The notes under the pieces are model-generated. The model searched no databases, was not told the origin of the DNA, and saw nothing but the letters and a program-made list of their open reading frames with translations. This document shows positions 53,138-64,000 of a stretch of 64,000 nucleotides of DNA, in pieces. The position numbers and the translations under genes were made by a program. Origin of the DNA: the human T2T-CHM13v2.0 reference genome, Homo sapiens; assembly GCF_009914755.1 (NCBI RefSeq), contig NC_060945.1. One strand, 5' to 3'. Every line of letters starts with the position of its first letter. Positions within the stretch are counted from its first letter, which is position 1.

Positions 53138-54690
53138 TAGTTCAGCTCTGCTTTCACCTCTTCTAATTAAACCAACACCACATGCCACTTGCTACCTCCT
53201 GAACAATTACTACTTTTGTGTTTCTTCATTTATCCAACAAACAGCTCCAAAGATGGAACATTCAACTCTAACATAAACCCTGCTGCTTCCAGGGGCTCTG
53301 CGCCCATCCCCTTGTTATGCTACACTGACATTTAGACCTACTAGAAGGTAACTGTTTTTCATTTATGTGTCCTTACAAGTCCCAATAAGAGTCCCTGAAG
53401 AAAAAAGGTACATTGCATACCCAACATCAATTACATTTATCTTCCCTCATATGCAAAGCATCGTATGTTTCCACATTCAAGAAGCAAACTCATGAGTCAT
53501 CATGGGAACACCATGACTTTTAGATTCAGACTGATCTATATTCATATGTGGAACTGATTCCACATTACATGTCTAGCTGTAAAACTGGGAGTAATGTATG
53601 TATATGACCTTTGTAGATCTGTTTTTTTCATCGGAATAATAGCAATATTTAGCTTGCAGGTTTGTTCTGGGAATTCAATGAGATGACACACATGCAGTGG
53701 GGCTGCAAATGTACTGATGTTGGAGTCAAAATGTGGGAAAAACAGGGGCCTTTTAGTGTTCTATATGCAGACTAGTCTTTGTAGACTTGCACTCCCATTG
53801 ATAGTGGAGGCAGTCGTGCGATCTTGGTTTGTTCTAGTAATTGACATGTCATTTAGTTAACACAATCTGTTTTAGATGCTTTTCAGACTTTCAGATTCTG
53901 TCTCCTACTCCTGAACTTCCCTGGAATGACACCAAGTTGTATGAGGGGTTTACTGTGTCCTTGTGATAGTGGGGAGAAAAAAAATTCAGATCATGTGGAA
54001 TCCTTAGATGCCCTCTATGCCCAGCTGTGGACAGGCTGGTCCACCTCTCCTTGTCTGAGGATTGCTGAGCTCTGTCTAGCTCTGCCTATCCTTTTGGAGT
54101 GAAGCTTTGGCTTCCTGGAGTCCAAGGTTTCAGGCATTTGTGTGTATTCAGGTCCACCCCCACTTTATCCTATCCACTCTGACCCCAAGCTTCTGACAGT
54201 TGCCCACTCCTTTCTCAACACTTCCACATCCCTTCTGGAGCATTTGGGAAATCTTAAATCCCTGTCATAACAAGTGCAGACAATGGAGAGCCAGGGCTCC
54301 ATAGTGGACTCACCACCTGAACCCATTCTGCAGTCTTCCCACAGAATTGCTCTGGAGCCATGATGGATCTGGCATCCAGCTGAAGGCACAAATTGTTCTA
54401 GGGGCCTGCAGACTCTGCCTTGGAAAATAATCTACTCCTCTGATATTAGTGTATTGCCCCATACTTCTATGTTCCTAAAAGACTTTTGCATTTGATGTAT
54501 GATTCTTATGTGGGAATAGGACCTTTTTGTTCTACTTTTTTTTTTTCTGCCTCCATTATCTGACAGGATGGTAAGGGGTAAGCTTTCCTGTTACTTTCCC
54601 TTCCTGTCTGAATGCAACTGTCCTATATCATTTGCTACTCATTCCTCTAAGATTGCAGTCTCAAAGTTCAGTCCAAATGATGAAATTGGC

Positions 54691-55055
54691 TGTATCTTGG
54701 TTTATTCTGGCTACTACAACAAACTACCATAGACTGGGTAGCTTATAAAAAACAGAAATGTATTTCTCACCTTTCTCAAGTCTGGGAAGTCTAAGATGAA
54801 GCCACCAGCAAATTCCATGTCTGCTGAGGCCTGTTTTCTGGTTCATAGACGGTGCTTTCTCACTGTGTCCTCACATTGGTGGAAGAGGCGAGGGCTTTTC
54901 CTTGAGTACCTCATAAGGGCACTAATCCCATTCATGTGGATCTGCCCCCATGACCTAATCACCTCCCTAAGTCTTCACCCTCTGATACCATCACCATAGG
55001 AGTTAAAATTTCAACATACAAATTCTGAGAAGGCAGAAACAGTCAGACCCTAGCA
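54691..55055 (-). mobile_element. MLT1A-like solo LTR
   Basis: tgtatcttgg...taccatagactgggtagcttata...atgacctaatcacctccc...cagaccctagca. Confidence 0.85.
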
Positions 55056-57880
55056 GGGTGCAAGGACAGAAATCAGCCCAACCGTAAGAAAACTTAGAAA
55101 ATATATCTAAAACTTTATCCCTGTTATAGATGGAAAATACTTGGTGCAGAGCCTGGAATCTTCTATGAACTTGGATAGGTGAACAACACTGTACTACATG
55201 GTGATAGCTGTGAAGGATCCAAGTGTTACACTTAGAACTGACAAATTCAACATATTTTGTCAGACAAGCATTGGGCTCATTCTGTCCATTCCACAGTCTA
55301 TTGGCTGAACTCTGCTAAACCTATGTGATTAAATAAAGACATCTGTAAAAGTCCTAATGATGGTCACACTACAAAGCTCTTTGAGTAACTAATCCCAGTG
55401 TTAGCCAGCAATGAGTCTTAGGGAAGTTCTTCACATTCACCTGGATTCCAAATACCTAATAAAAAAGAGCAAGTGTCAAACTCAGAGTGTGTGTCTCTCT
55501 CTTCCTGTTTATTTGTGAATGGCTTTTAATGAATAGGAAAAGAACAAAAAGTATAAATGCAGCTTGTCAACCACAGCAATGTGCCTTTTCAACTTTTAGC
55601 TAAGACATGAAAAGTTATAATTTCACTACTTTTTATATAAACATAACTGCATATTTTCACAGCTTTGCTTTAAGACTTAAGCTCCTCCAGCTGATCATAA
55701 ATTGCCAGGAAATGTCTGCCCAGTCTATCACAGTGTCTTAATTAAGCAAAGGCATAGAAATTATACGGGGGCCTTGGCCCATGGGACTCACCAGGTGTAA
55801 TGAATTCTGAAGAAGCAGTAGACACAGATTTCCCAGGGTGGGCTAATAATAAATACTAGTGGAAGGACAACAGAAATAAAAAAAGTTTTTTCTCTTTTCT
55901 ACCAATCTCTTCCTTTTGAAAAAGATAGCAACAAAGATAGCTTAAAGATGGATCTTTAAGCCTCAATTTTGATGCCATTTCTTTCTAGAGAATTTTTGGT
56001 TTCTCCTTTCCACACTCCATTATAGGCTGTGCTAAGGGACCCTCCTCTGAACTCCTATTGGTAAACAACATTATTATTGCATTATTCACACCTGCCATAA
56101 TTGTCTTTTTATATATTTGTCTCCCCCAGTAAGTCTGTGGCCTTGCCTTGTGTTTCCAATAATTCACTCCTCAGAGGGATTTCCCAGGGGGCTGGGGGCA
56201 GAGAGGGGCCCACTGATAAACAGCAGATGCCCAGTAGGCCTGAGGCATGTCTGACACCTGTATGATGAAGGAGATGGGAAAAAAGGAGAAGCAGCTCCTG
56301 GGATGACATAGTTAAGAGCCCGAGGAGGTGCATTGCTTTAAAATTACTGATCATAAGAAACAGTTCCTGCAAATGGTGTGGGGCATGCAACCTTCTGTCC
56401 ATGCCAATTCACTTGGTAAACACCAGAAACAGAATTCTCATTGGGTACTTGAAGCTCATAGAAATGTCAAGAGTAAAAGGAATGGTGCAGTTGGAATTCC
56501 TGTGCAATTTGAAGCTCTCACTTGAAAATGAGAGAGGGACAAGGAACCAGGAGTGAACAGACCAGGGGATCAAGCAGGAATAATATGTGGTTCAATACTT
56601 GTCCAAAGTAAGAGAGATGAAATATTCACTACTTTAGAAAAACTAAAGTGCTCACCTTTCTGAGGTCATGGCCTTCCAAGAAGAGATATTTTAGTTGCAA
56701 TAAATGAGCTCTTTCTACATGAGGCTGAGGGTTTGGCTTCCTTAATTCTGCAAAAATAATAATAATAATAAAAAGAGAGAGAGAAATAAAACGCACCCAT
56801 TGATGTTCAAAGAGGAAGAGCAAAAGCCTGAACTTGCCATATCAATGACTAACTATAGAGTTATTCATTGGAATAAGATACATAGGATTTGCATCCCAAG
56901 AGAGGGCACTGACCCTGTTTGAGAATGATCATTTGGTTAATAATTGTTTAATTTCCTTCCTTTTTAGAATTTGAAACAACAAAATCTATTAAGCAAAAAG
57001 TGGTAAGAGAGCACAAGATGCAGGAGACTTTCTCTGTCCCAAAAGACCTTACAGACTTGTTGAGAAGATTGTATGAATAAGTGAAAATCACCAAACGATG
57101 GCATATGTGCTTGGCACAGAGTGGGCAATTGGTTAATATCTGTATGGATTGCTGCTTAGCTAATGAAGTCTGTGGTGTATTTACTAGCCTTGAGTACATA
57201 ATGTTGACTAAACTATGCTCCGCCCTGACAAACCATGAGGCCTGCTCTTCGCACCGCTCCCACCTCGGGCCTGTACAATGAATCCCTGAGCTCCCTGTCC
57301 TTAGGAGTCACTGCCCTTTGGTCTTGTGAGGCCTTTCAGACCACACCCCTCCTGTCCTAACCTTCTTCCCTAACCTTCTCACTTAATTGCCGCAATTTTA
57401 GTTTGTTTGCCAAAGGAAACGAATCTGTGTGACCGTGAAAGTAAGAAGTAATATGAAGTAATATAAACAAGTGGCATAAAGTGTTGTGTTGATTTTGTAT
57501 TGAGATGAGAAGTTGATCAGCTCGAACCCAGAAGGAAGGTAGTGCCCTTAGAGGCAGAAGTATAAATTGATGATCCAGGTCTGTCTCTTCGAAGTGTGCA
57601 CCCTTGAGCAACTTACCAATTCACAAAACCCAAGTTTCCTCATGTTTGCAGAGAAGGGATCCCAGCTGTGGCACAGGCTTTGTTGGGCCAGTGGGGTGAG
57701 CGCAGCTGGAGTGGACAGCCTTAAGTCCATTTTGCATGAACAATGGCTTGTTTGAATAGAAATGCTGGTAGGTCTTTTATTGGTGGTGAGAGAGGGCAAT
57801 AACAAGTAGAATGTAGGTGACAGTCAATCAATTATTTCAACTCATTGGTGACAGTCTTTTGGGAAATGCAGATTACATAC

Positions 57881-58188
57881 TGTCAGGCCTCTGAGCCCAA
57901 GCTAAGCCATCATATCCCCTGTGACTTGCACTATACATCCAGATGGCCTGAAGCAACTGAAGAGCCACAAAAGAAGTGAAAATAGCCTTAACTGATGACA
58001 TTCCACCATTGTGATTTGTTTCTGCCCCACCTTAACTGATCCCAAAACCTATAAGAACTAATGATGATCCCACCACCCTTTGCTGACTCCTTTTTTGGAC
58101 TCAGCCTGCCTGCACCCAGGTGAAATAAACAGCCTTGTTGCTCACACAAAGCCTGTTTGGTGGTCTCTTCACATGGACATGCGTGACA
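57881..58188 (+). mobile_element. HERV-H LTR7-family solo LTR with an internal U3 deletion
   Basis: tgtcaggcctctgagcccaagctaagcc start; cctataagaactaatg; aataaacagcc; ggtggtctcttcacatggacatgcgtgaca end; only 308 bp. Confidence 0.93.
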
Positions 58189-58879
58189 AAGGGAAATCGT
58201 TCCAGCCTTAGAACTGTGCCTTTCTCTGAGGAGGGAACCACAAAGTGTTAAGGAGGGCCAGGCAACAGGAGCCTAAGCAAGAAGTTAACACTCCCAGACC
58301 TAAGCAATCTAATCCCAATAGCGTTCTGGGAGAGAAGAGCACTAAATACTTCCTCAGCAGAGAACAACTGAGGGTCTCCAATGCCTTTTCCATCTCAGGC
58401 AGCCAAGTCTCTGCTTCTGACTCCACTGAAGAGACTGGAGGGGCATCAAAGAAGAGGAGCTCCAGCCATAAAATCAGAAAAGCATGAAACATTTGGTTGG
58501 AGGATGAGAAAGACACATAAAAATTCTTGTTAGCATGCACGTTACCTTTAATGAATATTGATCTCTACCTTTACACATGCTTATTAGCATGCATATTGGA
58601 GTAAAACAAATTGGCAGCCACCAGTTTTCAGGAGAGATCCTGAAAAGTTTCAATTAAGCTAAACACGGCAAGGGAAATAAATGTACATGCATTACTACTA
58701 ATTTAGTGTGAGAAAAGTCATCGATTGCCTATATTTGGTGTTTATTTTTGCAGTTAAATTTCCTTAATGGAAAGGTATTTGTAGGAGCTTTTAGACACAT
58801 ATTTCTGACCTTTGTCTTCATTCTATTTTCCCCCTTAAGGTCTTCATTTCCTCAAAAGTGAATTCTCTCACCACAGGGA

Positions 58880-59220
58880 TTTTCCCGATCCTTTCTTACT
58901 TCCCTGTATTAGCCAGCCACTTACACAGAAATAATGATATGGAAGGACAGAAAAAGATGAGACAACCCATTTTCCTTTCAGCCCTTCCTTAATCATCTGT
59001 AAGCCAAAGACAGAAAGCACTGATAGGATGTGCTGATATCAAGAAGTGAAAAGACAAAACATTGGAGATAATTCAGTGCTAGGTCTCCACTCCTCTGGTT
59101 AGAACAAAATACATATGTATCCATGAACTAACAAATACAATTTGTGAAGTTTTAGTGATTCTGCACACATGTTAAATGTGTTAAATTAAATATTTAATTT
59201 AAAATGGGGATTGCACAGTT
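58880..59220. mobile_element. Ancient hAT DNA-transposon fragment (Arthur1-like)
   Basis: atcaagaagtgaaa...ctggttagaacaaaatacatatg...gtgattctgcac...attgcaca resembles the recalled consensus. Confidence 0.45.
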
Positions 59221-61203
59221 GATTTTCAATCTAAGATATTCTATCGCTAGTTTATTACTTTGGGCAAGTTATCTAAAAATCTGTGATCCTGTATTCTATC
59301 TTTAAAATGAAAGCAATAATATTTACTTTCCAGTGTTGCAGTGTGAATAACTGAAATACTCTAAGTAGCAGTTATTAATCTCAACAATCATTTATTTGGC
59401 TTCTGATATATACAAGAGCCCATTTGAAATTCAAAATAAAATATAGTTTCTGATCTCAAGAAATTCACCATTCAATGGAATAGACAAGATTATATACATA
59501 TAAATAGAATGAGATTTAGAAGTGCCTATAGAGGTAGTTACAAAATGCTGGGGAATATAGAAAAGCATCATTCTAGGGGATGGGTGAGATTTCTCCAGGT
59601 AGACAAAATGGGTAGTTGTTCCCATCATGGGAAGGGCAGTGAAAAGACGTGATGTGGTGCAGCAGCAGCGTGACACACTGCACAGCCAAGAGGAGGTGGA
59701 AAAGCAACCAGGGCCTGATCACATTCACCTGTTAAGAAATTTGAATTTCTATTGCAGTTTGTCTCTTAAATAGGATCTTTCTCTGATACACCATGATCAA
59801 CTGGTTCACAAAATAAGAACTCTGAATCACCCAACTGAATTTTCCTGGTGGACAGATTTTCCAGATTTCTAAAAAATGGGTGTTTGAGCATAAAGTAGCT
59901 GGTATCCTCTGTATTGTCATTAACGCTGACACAGAAATTCACAAGGAATAACAACATCCAGAATTTTCTGTGCAGGCTATTTATATACCAAAGCCAGAGC
60001 AGTTATAGGAGTTCTGTTATTCACCCAGGATGATATCCCAATTCGTTCATTCACTCATCCTGCAAAGGTTGTCTGGCCCTGCTCAGGCTGACATGCCCCT
60101 ACCTCCAGATGTCGAGCTGCTTCATAATCACCAAGCAGTGGCACCTCACGCCGTCCCATTAGAGAGTAGCATGCGGCCCACTTGTTGGGCATGTTGATGC
60201 AAGCTTAGGAAGGAAAACATAATTCATTTTTGCCAGTGACAGAAATGTTAACACTTACTTGAAATAGCTGATAATCTGACAAGGAGAGCTAAAGGATTAC
60301 TGTATTTCATGTGGCTAATGAGAAAAGCTGTTTAAAAGCCATATGAAAAAGACTTAATGTATGGTGAGTGAGCATTGCTTTAATGTATTATGTGCCATCA
60401 ACTATTAGAATGATTTTCCCCTCTTCTGTTGCCATAGATTTTTGCCTCTTTTCTCTGGGAAGAGATAATAGAAGCAGCATCCATTCAACAGAGACTTTCC
60501 AAGAAACATTCATTCAATAAGTATTTCTTGAGCACCTACTGTGCACCAGTCACCACACTAGGCATTTGGGATTCAAGGTCTCAGACCTCTCAGCAGGGGC
60601 TTTTTATGGAAAGAATTGATAGGGGAAGACAGTAGACAAAAGATATTGAAAAATCATGTTTGGGATTTAGTTGATATATGAAATAATCTTATTTAACTTT
60701 CATTTACTAGATGAGGAAACTGAGGCCTAGAAAACCAAGTAATTTGTGGAGGGGGCATGGCTAATTAGTGGGAAACCCTGGCCTGGATCCATGATGTTTT
60801 GCTGCTCTTTTTGATGCTGGAGCAGAGTCTCCTGCAGTCACAAGAAAGAACTATGGAACGATGTGTTTGCAGCAGGGCAGGAAGCCCCGTAAAGTAAAAT
60901 CCCACGGGGCTCCAGGGTCCCTCAGCATCCACAGGGGGCACTCGAGTCCATGACAAAGATGCCTTCAGTTCTGTCCACACTACGCAAGAACAGGCTGCTT
61001 CACCCTCTTGCACTGGAGGGCTGCCCTCTTCCTGGTGGTTTGTCCTTGCCCAGTGCCCCTCCTTGCTATCCAGGGCACTTTCAGCACAGAAGACATTATC
61101 AGGAAACAGCTACATTCCCCCACCCCCACCCTCACCAGTCAGCGAAATTAGTGTTTCTACAGCTGAAATAATCAGGTCTAAAGCCAAACACCTTTCTTTA
61201 TTT

Positions 61204-61212
61204 CTTCTTTCT

Positions 61213-61243
<31 letters not shown>

Positions 61244-61250
61244 CTCTTCC
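61204..61250. repeat. (CT)n microsatellite
   Basis: Read directly. Confidence 0.9.
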
Positions 61251-62239
61251 TTACCTTTTAGCGTGTGCCTCATATTCAAGGTACCAGGTACCATTCCTCC
61301 TTCTCAGGACTTGGAGCTCCCTATCTCCCTGAGATACTGTGATCCAAAAGCAACATGACTCCATTCTCAGATAAGACAGCAAAACTTCTCCCCAAACCCT
61401 TGGGATCCTTACCCCCGGCAATGGCAGGGTTGTGTGTTCCTTTGCCAAAAGATTACTATTGCAGGGGTCAAAACTGACAAGGGAGCCCAGAAACTAATGC
61501 AAATGGTTAGGGGCTCCCCCTTCTGCCTGCCCTAATTTCTAGGTGAGTGTGGCCCACTTTGGTGACAACAAGGAGCGGGAAGCAATTGGCGTGGTTAATG
61601 CATTACAGCCACCTCAAATCACGGTTCTTTCATACAGAGGTGATCACAAGCAGTGGCCACACAGGTTAAGCCATATGGATCTACAGACACCTCATTTACT
61701 TTTACTACAATGTCAGAAATTCCTGAGATTATGGGCTCAGTAAATTGATCTAAATAATTCAAGGCTATTATTCCATAATTCTATTCTTTACCTGCTGCAT
61801 GAACTAAATTCTTCTTTTCATCCTCCCCTAAATTGGACCTAACCATCCTCTAAATTGTACATTAAAAACCATGTGTTTTTCCACCCTTAGTTTTTGTTTG
61901 CTGCATTTACAAAAGGCATTCTTTGCTGTAATTTCACTGACATAAGGAGTTTCACTACCTCCACCACTCCATGTATCTGGCACAGCTTCCTTTTGGATCA
62001 GCTTTGCCCTTGGCTCAGCTTTGCCCTTGGCTCACCTCACTCTTGAGGTCCCAAAATGGCAAACACACTCGTGTCTCCCACTCATTGCTTTGTCTGTCGC
62101 ACCCACTGCCTCACCTAAATTCACTAACTTAGCATATCATGTTTCTATAAAACAAATTAATACATTTCCCTCCTCCCACAAAAGAGGTTTACTTCTAATC
62201 AATCTTAAGAAACACTACTAATCTTAACACTATTAGTAA

Positions 62240-62475
62240 TACTAATAAAATCTCTATCACTTATGATGTACTTACCATGGGCCAGGCTTGGGCTAAATGC
62301 TTTATATGTATTACCATGGTTAATTCTCACAATAATCCAATGTGGTAGGTATTATTTTTATTATTTTTATTTCACAAATGAGGGTCAATGAGGTTGGGTA
62401 AATTATCCAAAGTTATTCCAGTTATAATTATTTATGCCAATCTTCAAATCTAGGTCCTTGTGACTCAAAGCCCAC
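62240..62475 (-). mobile_element. MIR
   Basis: cttaccatgggccaggc...ctaaatgctttat...taattctcacaataatcc...gtaggtattatt...cacaaatgagg. Confidence 0.7.
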
Positions 62476-63466
62476 TGGTTTATTAGTCCCTCCTAGCTCA
62501 ACCTCTAATTTGTTCTCCTGGAGCACTGCAGAGAAGTCAAAACACAATTCTGAATGACGAGCCCTGGTCATTAACCCTGATTCTCAGAAGTTGTCATCTT
62601 CCGGATTCTGCAGTCTCTGTGCCTTTGCAGACTGCCTTCCTGGGAAAGGGAAGGTTTAGTTCTCAGAATTTTTATTCCAATTAAGTAAAGCCATGGTTGT
62701 GTCTTTTAGAAACTGAAAAACAAAACAAAATTCTATCTATGGTAGTTGGATGAACCAGCTAAACTGAAGGTACATTTTGTCCTGAAAAGAGAGGGTAGAG
62801 TTGGTGTTAGAAGACTTTCATTCATTTACCAGATCCAACATTGAGTATTTTTGTGATCTTGATCTTTCTGACTTCAGTTTCCTCATCTGTGGAAGGGGAG
62901 AATATCACCCTTCTTCCAGAATCCTTGGGAGGATTCAAGAAGCTCCTGCTTGAGAAGGCTCTGGGCACAGTGCCTGGCATGTCATCTGCCGATGTTCTTG
63001 TGGGCTGTGTTTGAGTCTTAATTTATTTGAATATCCCTGAGATATCTATGTAGGAGCAAGTAAAATCTGAAATCAGATCCTGATCTCTTTACATGTTCTT
63101 CCTTAGGCTTCATTAGTTAATAAAATGTTACATTTATCAGCATTCTTTTCACCCCTACATCTGTATTACATGCATATCACAAAGTATGTGGAAAAAAAAA
63201 TGTTTCCCTTCCTTATCCTTTGGGTCTTCTCCTTCAATTAACCTCTGTTTCAAAATACTGGAAGCTAAATATGAATAAAAAATAGAAAGTTTGCCAAACT
63301 AGAACTCAGGTCAGTGTTCAGGAACCAAAATCTTGCTTTATTGATACCTACAGAAAATTCCTGGGATATTCACAGCTATTCTCAGTGCTTGCTACATCAC
63401 AGAAATGCCTGTGATCCTCTGACCTTTTGATCAATTGCTCGCCTATTATCTAACATCTTCTGCTAA

Positions 63467-63819
<353 letters not shown>

Positions 63820-63867
63820 TTATTAATATGTATTAATACATTGCATTACCCTTTCATTGGAGTGTTT

Positions 63868-64000
63868 AAAAGTGGGGGCAGGGGAGTTGTTGCTTTAAGG
63901 GGAGTTACGCTTTTTTTTTTGTCCTTTTTTTTTTTTTTTTTCCTTTTTCTGGAGAACGAGGTCTCGCTATATTGCCCAGGCAGGTCTCGAACTCCTGGGC
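63868..64000 (-). pseudogene. BCYRN1: BC200 (BCYRN1) RNA copy, 3' part; the 5' end lies beyond the window
   Basis: Minus strand reads gcccaggagttcgagacctgcctgggcaatatagcgagacctcgttctccagaaaaagga(A)n ggac(A)n gcgtaactccccttaaagcaacaactcccctgcccccactttt, i.e. the BC200 Alu-domain end, A-rich domain and unique C-rich domain. Confidence 0.9.

Overview
This is AT-rich primate (very likely human) intergenic DNA, dense in repeats: Alu, L1, L2, MIR, MLT, ERV1/ERVK/HERV-H solo LTRs and DNA-transposon fossils. No intact spliced gene is evident. The main content is three same-strand processed retrocopies within about 33 kb, each bounded by a readable target-site duplication (TSD): FEM1A (16522-20345, near full length), TERF1 (30391-33183, 5'-truncated, PIN2 splice form) and SLX9/FAM207A (46947-49475, 5'-truncated and 3'-extended to an Alu-derived poly(A) signal). 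A BC200 (BCYRN1) copy that keeps its unique 3' domain runs off the right edge. From recall, this FEM1A/TERF1/FAM207 pseudogene trio matches the pericentromeric duplication block at 21q11.2/13q11 (with relatives on chr18); I cannot tell which paralog this is. I see no demonstrable new biological system. The best leads are: all three retrocopies lost the parental ATG yet have a new in-frame start; the SLX9 copy preserves an Alu-polyadenylated isoform; two short templated insertions (one direct, one inverted); and a TSD-less, internally deleted LTR7. Parent proteins and repeat consensus sequences were compared from memory, not by database search.
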